A DNA stretch of 64,000 nt from Parachlamydiales bacterium (GCA_963765145.1 CAVXVG010000020.1:48168-112167); one strand, 5' to 3'. Shown: positions 20,598 to 30,436, numbered from the stretch's first letter. Made by a program: numbers and translations. Notes: generated from the sequence alone by a model not told the origin.

Positions 20598-22430
20598 ATG
20601 GACAATGATATTATTTTTAATGACACCTTACAACAAGAAGATAACAAATTCCAGTCACATACTGAGGTGATAAACATTGCGGATGCTCGAGCAGAGGAAC
20701 TCCGGCAATCGGATGTTGAAAGAGCGCTCCCAAAGGGTTTTAAATTTGACCAAGAAGGGTGGTTGGTTTTTGAAGAAGAAAAGGATGGAGAAACTTCAAA
20801 CTCTATTAAAATTTGCTCTCGGCTAGAGGTTGTTGCCAGATCAAGAGATCAAAACAACGAAAATCATGGTCGGATCCTTAGCTTTAAAGACCCTGATGGA
20901 GTTATGCACCGTTGGGCAATGCCGATGGCGTTGCTGGCTGGAGATGGCACCTCTTTTCGTGAAGAGTTGTTGTCGAAAGGTCTTTTGATTGCGCCTGGAA
21001 AAGGTGCTAGATCGTTTTTAGCTACCTATATCCAAATTTCAAATCCTCCAAAAACCGTGAGATGTGTTCCTCAGGTTGGATGGAACAAAAGTTTAAATGC
21101 CTTTGTTCTAAGCAACGAAACGATAGGGGAAGAGGGGAATGAACCACTTATTCTTCAGACCTCCACGGGCATGTCTTATTCACCTGATTGTCTTTTAGGC
21201 AGCTTAGAAGGGTGGAAAGAGCTGGCTTCTCTTAGTGTTGGAAACTCAAGGCTAATGTTTGCGTTATGCATAGCATTTGCACCACCTTTGCTTCAATTGT
21301 TGGGTGTTGAAGGGGGCGGTATTCACTTTAGAGGACATTCTTCTTCAGGGAAAACAACGTGTTTAAGAGTGGCGGCCTCTGTTTGGGGTGGTCAAGATTT
21401 CTTAAAAACATGGAGAACTACTTCTAATGGTTTAGAAGGTACTTCTGCCATGCATAACGATTGTCTTCTTTGCTTAGACGAGATGGGGGAAATATCACCC
21501 CAAGAAATCGGCAACGTAGCTTATATGCTTGCAAATGGTAGGGGGAAGGGGCGAGCCGACAAACTTGGTAACGCTAGAGAATCCAAAAAATGGCAATTAC
21601 TTTTTTTCTCGTCTGGAGAGATAAAGCTAGGTGACCACATGGCAGAGGCGAAGAAAACGGTAAGGGCTGGTCATGAAGTTCGTATTTTAGAAATACCTGC
21701 TGACGGCCTTAAAGAAGGTTGTTTTGAAGATATTCATGGCTTTGAAAACGGAAAAGCGTTTGCTGATCATCTAGCAAAAATCACCAAGGCACATTATGGG
21801 ATTGTAGGTAGGGAATTCCTGAGACATCTCGTTCGGTCGAAAGAACAGGCTTTAGAGCTATGGAAAATGATGAACTCCTCTTTGACTCGAAGATGTTTAC
21901 CTAAGACGGCATCATCTCAAGTTCAACGTGCTTTTAATCGTTTCATACTTATCGCCGTCGCAGGTGAGTTGGCTACTCAATTTGGGTTAACAGGCTGGGA
22001 GAAAGGGGTAGCGACAGAAGCTGTAGTTCAATGTTTTAATGACTGGCTTCGTGCAAGGGGAGACGTTGGCTTGCTGGAAGAAAGGCACGCCTTAGATCAA
22101 ATACGTCATTTTTTTGAGTTGCACGGTGAAAGTCGATTTAGCGCTTGCGATCAGGATGAAAATGATAAGCCGCAAGGAAAGACCTTAAACCGGGCAGGAT
22201 TTAGGAAGTCAACAGACGAGGGGATCGAATTTTACGTTCTTCCAGGTTGCTTCAAAAGTGAAATTTGCCAATCTCTAGATCCAGAATTTGTAGCGACCGT
22301 TTGCATTAAGAACGGTTGGTTAATTCCTGATTCAAAAGGTGGCTCAACGAGATCAGAAAGGTTGCCTGGGATCAAAGGGACCACTAGGGTTTACAGATTT
22401 TCATCAAAAGTACTTCAGGATGAGGAGTAG
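20598..22430 (+). CDS. DUF927-domain (Cch-like) replicative helicase/ATPase
   Basis: GGGIHFRGHSSSGKTT Walker A, WRTTSNGLEG, LCLDE Walker B, YMLANGRGKGRA, SSGE. Confidence 0.88.
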   Translation: MDNDIIFNDTLQQEDNKFQSHTEVINIADARAEELRQSDVERALPKGFKFDQEGWLVFEEEKDGETSNSIKICSRLEVVARSRDQNNENHGRILSFKDPDGVMHRWAMPMALLAGDGTSFREELLSKGLLIAPGKGARSFLATYIQISNPPKTVRCVPQVGWNKSLNAFVLSNETIGEEGNEPLILQTSTGMSYSPDCLLGSLEGWKELASLSVGNSRLMFALCIAFAPPLLQLLGVEGGGIHFRGHSSSGKTTCLRVAASVWGGQDFLKTWRTTSNGLEGTSAMHNDCLLCLDEMGEISPQEIGNVAYMLANGRGKGRADKLGNARESKKWQLLFFSSGEIKLGDHMAEAKKTVRAGHEVRILEIPADGLKEGCFEDIHGFENGKAFADHLAKITKAHYGIVGREFLRHLVRSKEQALELWKMMNSSLTRRCLPKTASSQVQRAFNRFILIAVAGELATQFGLTGWEKGVATEAVVQCFNDWLRARGDVGLLEERHALDQIRHFFELHGESRFSACDQDENDKPQGKTLNRAGFRKSTDEGIEFYVLPGCFKSEICQSLDPEFVATVCIKNGWLIPDSKGGSTRSERLPGIKGTTRVYRFSSKVLQDEE

Positions 22431-22445
22431 GCCATGAGATTAAAC

Positions 22446-22526
22446 TGTCACGCTTGTCGCGCCAAAAGTTTTTGTATATGTGACAACTTTTCTCGAGTGT
22501 GTCACGGCTGTCACACTTGTCACGCG
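22446..22526. repeat. iteron-like GTCAC/GTGAC cassette 2 (inverted relative to cassette 1); candidate origin
   Basis: GTCAC at 22447, 22501, 22510 and 22519, GTGAC at 22480; lies between helicase and primase genes. Confidence 0.65.
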
Positions 22527-22552
22527 CTAAAAAATGGAGCATGGTCATTCTG

Positions 22553-23581
22553 ATGAATGTGCTCGAATTGTCGGAGGAGCTGGGTCTCATTCCTAAAAGG
22601 ATGTCTTCTACTAAAGGAGGCGAATTTCACAGCCCGTGCCCAGATCCTGCTTGTGGAGGCAAAGATCGCTTTTGTGTATGGCCTAATGAAGGATCAAGCG
22701 GGCGTTACTGGTGTCGTCAATGTGGTAAATCAGGTGATGCCATCCAATTTTGCAGAGACTTTCTTGGCCTTCCCTATCTTGACGCCTGCAAAAAGGTAGG
22801 AGAAGAGCCGAGGCCTAGAGCTGAACTAATCATCCGAAGAAGACTCCATTTTGAGCCTGAAGAAGCCATTTTCCCTTGCGAAGCTTGGATGAAAAGAGGA
22901 AAGAGCTTTGTAGAAGAATGTCATCTTAGACTTCTGAAAGAGCCAATTGCCCTTGAGATTCTTAAGAGTCGAGGAATTCATTTGGAGACCGCTAAGCAAT
23001 TTAAAATAGGCTGGAATCCCGATGATCTCTTTGAGGAAAAGCAAAGTTGGGGACTAGACAAAGAGTTCAATGGGACTAGGGAAAAGAAGCAATGGTTGCC
23101 CAAGGGATTGGTGATACCCTTTTTTCAAGATGGTTGCTTACAAAAAATCAAAATCCGTCGTGCGGCATGGACGCCTAGCGACACCTTTCCCAAGTATGTT
23201 GAAGTGTCTGGAAGCAGCAAACAGTTTGCAGTTTTTGGAGACCCGACTTTGGCTGTTGTGTTGGTTGAAGCAGAGATTGATGCTATTTTGATCCAGCAGG
23301 AAGCAAGTAATCTCTGTTGTTCTGTCGCTTTAGGTGGGGCGGGAAAGAAACCAGATGGTTTTATCCATCTGCTCCTAAAGACATCGCCCAGAATCTTGTA
23401 TTCCTTAGATTTTGATGAAGCTGGAAAGAAAGCATTCTCCTTTTGGAGTCGTGTTTATCCGAACTTGATGCCATGGCCTTCACCAATAGGAAAAAGTCCT
23501 GAAGAGGCCCATAAGCAAGGAGTCAACTTGAAAGAATGGATCCAAGCTGGATTGTTAAAGCCTTCGTTAGCGTATTTGTGA
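22553..23581 (+). CDS. DNA primase (P4-alpha-type zinc ribbon plus TOPRIM)
   Basis: HSPCPDPACGGKDRF...YWCRQCGKSGDAIQF; TOPRIM VEAEIDA...DFDEAG. Confidence 0.85.
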   Translation: MNVLELSEELGLIPKRMSSTKGGEFHSPCPDPACGGKDRFCVWPNEGSSGRYWCRQCGKSGDAIQFCRDFLGLPYLDACKKVGEEPRPRAELIIRRRLHFEPEEAIFPCEAWMKRGKSFVEECHLRLLKEPIALEILKSRGIHLETAKQFKIGWNPDDLFEEKQSWGLDKEFNGTREKKQWLPKGLVIPFFQDGCLQKIKIRRAAWTPSDTFPKYVEVSGSSKQFAVFGDPTLAVVLVEAEIDAILIQQEASNLCCSVALGGAGKKPDGFIHLLLKTSPRILYSLDFDEAGKKAFSFWSRVYPNLMPWPSPIGKSPEEAHKQGVNLKEWIQAGLLKPSLAYL

Positions 23582-23709
23582 GTAAGTATAGAAACAATAA
23601 ACACATGAAGATGTATCCCTATGATGATTTAAAATTTTGTCTTACAATTTGGGGTAGAGAGTTAGCAGTTAACAGACTGGAACTATAATTAGAAAATTAG
23701 GAACGAAAA

Positions 23710-24096
23710 ATGACTGAAAAGTACGAAAAAGGCCTGACTGATCGACAGAAAAGAGCACTCCCTTTTTTTGTCGGCTGTAAAAGTTATGAAGAAGGATGTC
23801 GTAAAGCCGAGGTTTCTAAGCATGCATTCTATTCCTGGTTGCAAAATCCTGCCTTCAAATCAGAATTGACTCGACTACAAGATGACGTAGTTTCCGAGGC
23901 CGTACTGACACTGAAATTTAATATGACACATGCCACGGATGTTCTAGTCTCTCTACTAGAGCATAAAGATAACCCTTCGCTTCAAAGGGCTGTGTGTAAC
24001 GACATCATTGGACATGTCTCAAAATTCCGTGAAATTGAGGAGATCGAGCGTAGGCTTGACGCCCTTGAGAGTAATGCAAAACTCAATCCAATTTAG
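23710..24096 (+). CDS. HTH protein, terminase-small-subunit-like N-terminus
   Basis: LTDRQKRA...EEGCRKAEVSKHAFYSWLQNPAF HTH pattern; C-terminal IERRLDALE. Confidence 0.55.
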   Translation: MTEKYEKGLTDRQKRALPFFVGCKSYEEGCRKAEVSKHAFYSWLQNPAFKSELTRLQDDVVSEAVLTLKFNMTHATDVLVSLLEHKDNPSLQRAVCNDIIGHVSKFREIEEIERRLDALESNAKLNPI

Positions 24097-24106
24097 GAAG
24101 GTAGCC

Positions 24107-24367
24107 ATGGCTTTTCATTCTCGCCTGAAAAGATTAGAAAACAAGCTCGAAGATGAGCAAGAACTGCATGCAGTGTTTAGGATCAATTACTATGAGAATA
24201 AAGATGAGGGAAAAAAGGTTCGGGATCGACTTGTAGATGAATATTTTTCTGACGGTAAGCCTAAACCCACTCTCAGCATTTTTATCACTGATTTTGGGGG
24301 AACAAACCCAGAAGGCTTTGTATATTCATACAAACCGAGTGTTCCTCGGTCCTATGCCAGGAATTAA
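24107..24367 (+). CDS. hypothetical protein
   Basis: ATG with AGGAAGG RBS; N-terminal RLKRLE. Confidence 0.55.
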   Translation: MAFHSRLKRLENKLEDEQELHAVFRINYYENKDEGKKVRDRLVDEYFSDGKPKPTLSIFITDFGGTNPEGFVYSYKPSVPRSYARN

Positions 24368-24382
24368 ACTAAAGAGGTTGTC

Positions 24383-25024
24383 ATGAGCAAAAGCACAGAA
24401 ATGATCCCAGAGGATTCTAATATTCCTCATACACCGAATATCCCTGAAAAGAAAATTCAAGGGAAAAAACCCCAAGCAAAACCCTTTTTTACTGCAAACA
24501 AGGAAAAAGAGCGCGATTTATTAAAAATGAATAGTGAGGCAGTCGACCTCACCGAAAGACTTCAAAAAGCTACTGGTAGCGAGAACGACATCATAGCTCG
24601 AGTTGAACTTAGCTCTTCAGTGGGTGCCGCTATACCTTTTGGTAAACATAAAATTGAAGACACACTCGACTTTTCAAACTCAATAGCTTTAACAATGGAA
24701 GCTTTAGCGCCTCAAGATGAAATTGAAGGGCATTTGGTTTCCCAACTAGCTGTGCTTCAGCAACATTCAATGTATTGGTTGGCCAAGGCTGTCAATACCG
24801 AGAGGGTTGATTTCGCTAATGTCTATCTGAACGGAGCATCTAAAATGCTGGCGCGTCATCATGAAACTATTGAAACTTTGATGAGATACAGGCGACGTGG
24901 TGAACAAAGAGTGCATGTCGAACATGTTCATGTGCATGAAGGAGGCCAGGCCATTGTTGGCAATGTCAACACTGGGGGTGGGTCAAACCAAAAAGCCGGA
25001 GAAGGTCCCCATGCAAAGGTGTAA
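24383..25024 (+). CDS. conserved mobile-element hypothetical protein
   Basis: LAPQDEIEGHLVSQL...YRRRGEQRVHVEHVHVHEGGQAIVGNV. Confidence 0.7.
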   Translation: MSKSTEMIPEDSNIPHTPNIPEKKIQGKKPQAKPFFTANKEKERDLLKMNSEAVDLTERLQKATGSENDIIARVELSSSVGAAIPFGKHKIEDTLDFSNSIALTMEALAPQDEIEGHLVSQLAVLQQHSMYWLAKAVNTERVDFANVYLNGASKMLARHHETIETLMRYRRRGEQRVHVEHVHVHEGGQAIVGNVNTGGGSNQKAGEGPHAKV

Positions 25025-25223
25025 AGCCAAGTCCAAGCGTTCAGGCGAACAGTGCAAGAACTACGCCCTAAAAACCTACGGAGTTTGCCGTATGCATGGT
25101 GCCCGTGGAGGTCCAAAGACTAAGAAGGGACGCATAGCTTGCAAAATGGCGCCAATGAAACACGGAGTGTTCAGCCAGGAAGACATAAAAGAGCGCCAAC
25201 TAGTGAAGTCATTGTTGGCTTAA
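25011..25223 (+). CDS. HGGxSTG-domain-like small basic protein
   Basis: CKAKSKRSGEQCKN...CRMHGARGGPKTKKGR...KHG; start trimmed to ATG 25011. Confidence 0.75.
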   Translation: MQRCKAKSKRSGEQCKNYALKTYGVCRMHGARGGPKTKKGRIACKMAPMKHGVFSQEDIKERQLVKSLLA

Positions 25224-25229
25224 AGCTTG

Positions 25230-26165
25230 CTAGTCTTTTTGTCCAAAAACCACAGATGAGAACAGATCTAATATCGCAATTCTTCCGCCTAATAAAGCCA
25301 TTTCGTAGGGTGTTTTTATACCCCCATAACACATAGCTTTTGCGATTGGGTCAGCGCCATACTTTATTAGCAACTTTGCAGCTTCAAAATCGTTATTTGA
25401 AACAGCCCAATGAAGGTGTATGGTTTTTTCTAAAGCATGTAATTGATGATTAGTATTTTCTGGAATATCGAACTTATTAACATATGCAAGAAGTGTTTCT
25501 GCGATATCTAATCTTTTATTAACAAAGGCGAGTTCCAAAGGTGAAGCATGCTTACCAAAAATCCCCTTACGCCATGGATTCGGGCGTTTTTGTGATTTTT
25601 GCAATAAATAGTTGATAAGGTCGAGGTTGCCTGTATTTACTGCTTCACACAATGTATATGATGGGGAGCCAGGTATGTTTTCGTTTTTAGAATAGAGTTC
25701 TACTAAGTTGACATCAGCACCCCTATCGAAGAGTGGTTTTAAATATTCCAGAGCATTCTTTGACTCGCGAACGATTATTTGTAAGATTCTAGTTTCAGCA
25801 AGTTTTACCTCTCGGATAGAGCGATTAGAAGAGTGTCTAAGAACATATTCAGAAATATTATTAACGGATAGGTCAGGTAAAGCCGAGAGGATTGTCTTAA
25901 ATAGAAGGAGTCTATCCTGCCTTATGCAAGTAATAAGGATGTTTTTGCATGTTATATCGGCTTTATTCTTTCTCCAGTCCTTTTCACCTGACAAATAGAC
26001 AAGGTCTCCAGTGCCAAACTTTTCAATTAAAAAGAGGACTAATTTTTCATTATACAGCTTTTCTATCGCATAAGCAGTTTCTGACCAGCCAAACTTTTTT
26101 TCTTCACTTTGAGAGTAATTTATTAAAAACTCATCAAAGTATTCTTTTTCAACGACGCTTATCAT
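25230..26165 (-). CDS. ankyrin-repeat protein
   Basis: LFDRGADVN, SPLELAF...IAETLL, LHWAVSNNDFEAAKLLIKYGADP, TPYEMA. Confidence 0.85.
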   Translation of the reverse strand: MISVVEKEYFDEFLINYSQSEEKKFGWSETAYAIEKLYNEKLVLFLIEKFGTGDLVYLSGEKDWRKNKADITCKNILITCIRQDRLLLFKTILSALPDLSVNNISEYVLRHSSNRSIREVKLAETRILQIIVRESKNALEYLKPLFDRGADVNLVELYSKNENIPGSPSYTLCEAVNTGNLDLINYLLQKSQKRPNPWRKGIFGKHASPLELAFVNKRLDIAETLLAYVNKFDIPENTNHQLHALEKTIHLHWAVSNNDFEAAKLLIKYGADPIAKAMCYGGIKTPYEMALLGGRIAILDLFSSVVFGQKD

Positions 26166-26310
26166 CTGTCCAAAGTAGTTCTTTGTAAAAGAATACAGAC
26201 TCTTTGGTTTATTTGGAATTAAATCACAGCTAAACTTTTATTTTTACTTGATTTTCTTTGTTAAAGTTAATTACAATTTATGATTAATTTAATTGATGGT
26301 TGCTTTTAGC

Positions 26311-26868
26311 ATGTACAAATGGCTTCTTGTTTCAGTTCTTTCTTTGTCACTTTCTAATTTTGCTCCGGTATTTTCAGCTTCTGTGGATTATCCTAAGCTT
26401 GCCAAGTCCATTCAAGAGGAAATCTGCACTCTTTGGTTTAAGTGCATGATTCAGGAGCTTGAACGAATTCATGACATGAAAACAATTAAACAATGGGAAG
26501 AATACGAAGAAAATTTCGATTGTTTTGATGCATTGTTTGAGGCGGCCACTTTAGATGAAAACCAAAAAGTATTATTAGGTTACGTAGTCTATGCAAAACG
26601 CTATGAATTTTGGACTAAGATGAACATGGCGTTGTTCTCGAAGATGCTTAAGGAAGATAGATTTGGATTAACTGATAGTCTGGACGATGGCCAAAAGAAA
26701 AGGCTGGCAGAGTTTGCCCACCAAGGCTTCGATATGAACCCAACAGGTATTTCTATCGAAAGGATAGAGCAAGAATTAGAAAAATACGGTGATAAAATAG
26801 AATTTTTTAAGGACAGGGCAAAAAAACTTGGCATGTCAGAAATATTAGATAGTATGGGGACTCTTTGA
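26311..26868 (+). CDS. exported hypothetical protein
   Basis: Signal-peptide-like MYKWLLVSVLSLSLS...FSA. Confidence 0.6.
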   Translation: MYKWLLVSVLSLSLSNFAPVFSASVDYPKLAKSIQEEICTLWFKCMIQELERIHDMKTIKQWEEYEENFDCFDALFEAATLDENQKVLLGYVVYAKRYEFWTKMNMALFSKMLKEDRFGLTDSLDDGQKKRLAEFAHQGFDMNPTGISIERIEQELEKYGDKIEFFKDRAKKLGMSEILDSMGTL

Positions 26869-26881
26869 GTTGGATTAATAA

Positions 26882-27160
26882 ATGAAATTATATTATTTTC
26901 TTTTTTCTTTTCTTTTTTGTTTTGGTGGTGTTTTTGCCAGCGAAGGAGTTCAGGGATATATAGTTCAAGTAGCTGATGGAAGAAGCTTTCTTCTTGACAC
27001 TGAAACTGGCGCTACTTGGAGATATTTTTTTAATAGTGTCGGGGAGCAAGGGTGGTCGCGAGTATATTTTATGAGTTTAGGCGAGGATTCTAATTCAGTA
27101 TCACTAGTGCCTTATGGTGTTCCATTTGAAGTCCCAAAAGATAAAAAAATTGTTAAGTGA
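26882..27160 (+). CDS. small exported hypothetical protein
   Basis: Signal peptide ending VFA; FLLDTETGATWRY. Confidence 0.6.
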   Translation: MKLYYFLFSFLFCFGGVFASEGVQGYIVQVADGRSFLLDTETGATWRYFFNSVGEQGWSRVYFMSLGEDSNSVSLVPYGVPFEVPKDKKIVK

Positions 27161-27230
27161 AAAGAAGCATCTTGTGATGCAAGCCAAACAAATAGATGCG
27201 AAATTATATTTTTTAAATGATCGATATTAA

Positions 27231-27491
27231 ATGATTTGTAATAGTTTTAATCAGCGTGTTATTGCGCTTTTGCTCACTTTGTCCTTTGGTTTAATCCAGG
27301 ATAGTTTCGCTAATTCTGCAAATGCTATTCCGACAACATGCCAACCACAATCTGCTGTGGTTTATGTAACTAAGACTGGAAAGAAGTATCATAGATCTGG
27401 CTGTAAGCATTTAAAATCTATTATTCCAATCGAGATAGATGAAGCTCGTCGTCTCGGATATGAGCCATGCAAAACCTGTAAACCAAACTAG
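27231..27491 (+). CDS. exported protein with Ada-like metal-binding domain
   Basis: VYVTKTGKKYHRSGC...EARRLGYEPCKTCKP. Confidence 0.75.
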   Translation: MICNSFNQRVIALLLTLSFGLIQDSFANSANAIPTTCQPQSAVVYVTKTGKKYHRSGCKHLKSIIPIEIDEARRLGYEPCKTCKPN

Positions 27492-27495
27492 CAAT

Positions 27496-28176
27496 ATGAA
27501 TTTTTTTTTAATTTTGATTTTAACAATTTTCTTTTTCACAGTCGGCTACTGCTTTTCAATATGGAAAAATAAAAATAAATTGGAAGTCATTCGGGCTCGT
27601 GGAGTAATAGATTTTATCTACTCTTACTGTGAAAGATTGCATGATAGATGTGACTTAGTGCTTGAGAAGATGGAAACTGGAACATTTGAGGATAAAGAAA
27701 AGGTTGTATACGCAGCAATGCTCAAAACACACACAAATATAGTAGAGGATTTAGTTGAGGTTGCAAATGCGTTTGAAAATAAATTGGCAGGACTTTTACA
27801 AGGGGAAATTGGTGAAAGAGTGGCCTTTGGAAGGCGCTTAGATAGAAAAATCAAAAATCTTGCTGCTGTTGAAGACGGATTAACTGGTGAAGGGACAATT
27901 GAAGACTTTGAGCATATTACAGAAAGTTTACGACAGGTAGAAGTAATCAAAGTTTTGGTGAATGATTATTTAAATCACAGTGATGATTTTATAAAGAACG
28001 CTGCGATTGAAGCGGCCGCATTGATGGATGTAAAGGGAAATATTTTAAATATTTTAGAGGAATGTCTTAAAGCTGGCGAAAATGCGCCCGGCAAAGAAAC
28101 TAAAGAGCTACTTGAAAGGCAAGCGATTCAAACAACACGATTCGTTAATTCGATAAAACATTTATTCGGTTCTTGA
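27496..28176 (+). CDS. membrane-anchored helical hypothetical protein
   Basis: N-terminal TM segment; start trimmed to ATG 27496. Confidence 0.6.
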   Translation: MNFFLILILTIFFFTVGYCFSIWKNKNKLEVIRARGVIDFIYSYCERLHDRCDLVLEKMETGTFEDKEKVVYAAMLKTHTNIVEDLVEVANAFENKLAGLLQGEIGERVAFGRRLDRKIKNLAAVEDGLTGEGTIEDFEHITESLRQVEVIKVLVNDYLNHSDDFIKNAAIEAAALMDVKGNILNILEECLKAGENAPGKETKELLERQAIQTTRFVNSIKHLFGS

Positions 28177-28177
28177 T

Positions 28178-28486
28178 ATGCAAACAGATGTCAAATTTCT
28201 AAAAAGACTGAACAATAGCTTCTTTAAGTGGTTAATGATTACATATATTGCGCTCCTTCTAATCTTGGGCTACAAAATATATCAATATACATCTGCTTAT
28301 GACGAGATCATTTCTAATAAATTAAAATTATTTTTCTTTTCTATAAAAGAGATGCTAGATGCTCTTGACGGTTGGGCTATTTTTTGGATGGTAATTTTTG
28401 TTTTTATCGTTGGTACTATGATCTGTCACTATTTGCAAAGAAAGATCGTTGAACAAGGTGGTTCTCTACTTGATGAAGACGAATAG
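28178..28486 (+). CDS. small two-TM membrane protein
   Basis: Two hydrophobic segments; N-terminus similar to 29528 ORF. Confidence 0.55.
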   Translation: MQTDVKFLKRLNNSFFKWLMITYIALLLILGYKIYQYTSAYDEIISNKLKLFFFSIKEMLDALDGWAIFWMVIFVFIVGTMICHYLQRKIVEQGGSLLDEDE

Positions 28487-28566
28487 GTAACAGGATGACA
28501 GCCAAATTGCATAAAGTCCGTCTTTAATTTTAAAAATGTTTCAATTTATTTTTTTGGTAATGGTTT

Positions 28567-29526
28567 ATGAGTGAAATAAAAGGAATAATGGAGCTTTTGT
28601 TGAGTCCAACGCCGATCGCCCATAGGCTTTTAATGGCTGCCTGGGACAACTTAAGCTTCGAGTCTCAATGCGATCTTTTATTGAATTATGGAAGCGTGCA
28701 AGGCCAAAGGCTTAGAAATCATTGGGTAGAAATTGGTGAAGTCGCAATAAAAAGTCCTTATCCTCTTGTAAGGTACCTTGGTTCAAAAATAATAGGGTCA
28801 GAGAAAAAATACGAAGCGCAGGTGCGTAATGATCCACATCCTCTCGTTTCTGCTTCAAATATGATTTCTGGGTGTGATTATTTTAGTTCTGTGTTCAAAA
28901 ATATCACCTCTTTCCTTTCTTTAAATCAGGCTGAAAGGATCGAGCAATTATCTAATTGCTCTAATTCAGGTGGTAAATTTTTTGACCTAATGCTTTCTGT
29001 TAAGAAAGAAATGGAAAAGGGCCTGCTTAAACAGGCAGAAGTTTTTGAAATGCTGTTTGCCTATCTAACAAATCCTTATGTAAAAAGAGAAATTGAGAGA
29101 GATTTTAGTAAATATGGACCGGAGGGGGGATTTAATTGGTTTTCTGATGGAGAAGAAAGAAATTCTCTATGGAAACTGATAACTCTTTTTCCAGATCAGT
29201 GGAATTTACCTGAGTTTTTACCTGCTGTTCCACAGGGTGCAATTATAAAGGACTTAAAGAGTATAGCGGATGAATTAACCAAAGGTAAATTCTGGCAAAC
29301 TTTAGATGCAATATTTCAAAGAAAAGACATCAAAGAAGATGGGTTGAAAAAAACTCTTTTTGATGAATTGATGAGAGCTGTTGTTAATTCAGATCCAAAT
29401 AGTAGATTTACCGATATTGGAAAATATGATGCGATATCGCTGATCAGCTCTCTTAGTTCTAAAAATGAATCTTGGGAAGAAATAAATAAAAAAATATGCT
29501 GTTATTTTGACGGTGAGGGGGCTTGA
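28567..29526 (+). CDS. hypothetical protein (possible HEAT-like N-terminus)
   Basis: 319-aa ORF; SPYPLVRY / DPHPLVS repeats. Confidence 0.55.
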   Translation: MSEIKGIMELLLSPTPIAHRLLMAAWDNLSFESQCDLLLNYGSVQGQRLRNHWVEIGEVAIKSPYPLVRYLGSKIIGSEKKYEAQVRNDPHPLVSASNMISGCDYFSSVFKNITSFLSLNQAERIEQLSNCSNSGGKFFDLMLSVKKEMEKGLLKQAEVFEMLFAYLTNPYVKREIERDFSKYGPEGGFNWFSDGEERNSLWKLITLFPDQWNLPEFLPAVPQGAIIKDLKSIADELTKGKFWQTLDAIFQRKDIKEDGLKKTLFDELMRAVVNSDPNSRFTDIGKYDAISLISSLSSKNESWEEINKKICCYFDGEGA

Positions 29527-29527
29527 T

Positions 29528-30286
29528 ATGAAGCTGAATGTTAAATTTCTTAATAGGCGCAATTTGCGCATTGTCAAGTGGTCAATGATTACTTACGTTA
29601 TATTGTCGTCAATCGTTTTTTTTACTATTTATCAATTTGCGGGACGTTATAATGAGCCGTCGTATTATTTAAAATCGGCTCACAAACAAAAAAATATAAT
29701 AGATCCTTTATTGGGCTATGATTGGCGAGAACCAGGTACATTTTCTCTCCCCCTATCTAACTCTACATTGTCTTCGCCGTATAGAGCTATTTTTGGTATA
29801 GAAGCGAAGGGGTTGGCTCTTTCTAAGGGATTTTTTGACACTAACGCCATAGAAGCAATTGTTGTTAATGAACGATTTGAAAATATTTACTTTGAGTATT
29901 TAGAAATCGGTTATTATTCTATTGATGATTGGCAATCTAAAGACTTTTCTGCAGTTTTAGAAAGTGTAAAAAGAAATACACTGAGTGATAATCCCAAGCG
30001 TCTAAAAATGGGTCTAAGTGAACAAAAGGTGATAGGTTGGCTATACGAGCCTATCATAGATCGTCATGCAAACTCAGTGATTTTTGTTGTCGAAGGTGAA
30101 GATCTAGATGGTCCTTTTGTAAATTTTATAGCTTTCAAAATGGGGAGATATGGAGTTGAGAAAATCACGTGGGTAACTGACATGAAGAGCTATATCCAAT
30201 TCGGGAGTGAGCTTAATTTGATGCTAAGATCATTTGATTTCGATCCTGGTTTCAGATACGTAGATCATACTTCAGGAGATTACTAG
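29528..30286 (+). CDS. DUF2167-like membrane-anchored protein, C-terminally truncated
   Basis: GYYSIDDW..DFSAVLES...N.KR...IGW..EP...MGRYGV...FDPGFRYVD..GD; ends next to the island right end. Confidence 0.65.
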   Translation: MKLNVKFLNRRNLRIVKWSMITYVILSSIVFFTIYQFAGRYNEPSYYLKSAHKQKNIIDPLLGYDWREPGTFSLPLSNSTLSSPYRAIFGIEAKGLALSKGFFDTNAIEAIVVNERFENIYFEYLEIGYYSIDDWQSKDFSAVLESVKRNTLSDNPKRLKMGLSEQKVIGWLYEPIIDRHANSVIFVVEGEDLDGPFVNFIAFKMGRYGVEKITWVTDMKSYIQFGSELNLMLRSFDFDPGFRYVDHTSGDY

Positions 30287-30300
30287 CCCTTTATTGTGGA

Positions 30301-30436
30301 TTACGCAAAATTTACGCACTAGAGGGCAAAAAACTGGCATAAAATAGCGATGAGCTGCACAATTGGGGATGTCGTAAATTACTAACGGTGTTGTGCTTGA
30401 TGATGTTGGTTTATTCCAGTTTAAGCAATGATAACC
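30301..30436 (+). repeat. island right-end sequence, copy 1
   Basis: Colinear with 33016-33151 (offset 2715), with scattered substitutions. Confidence 0.9.
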
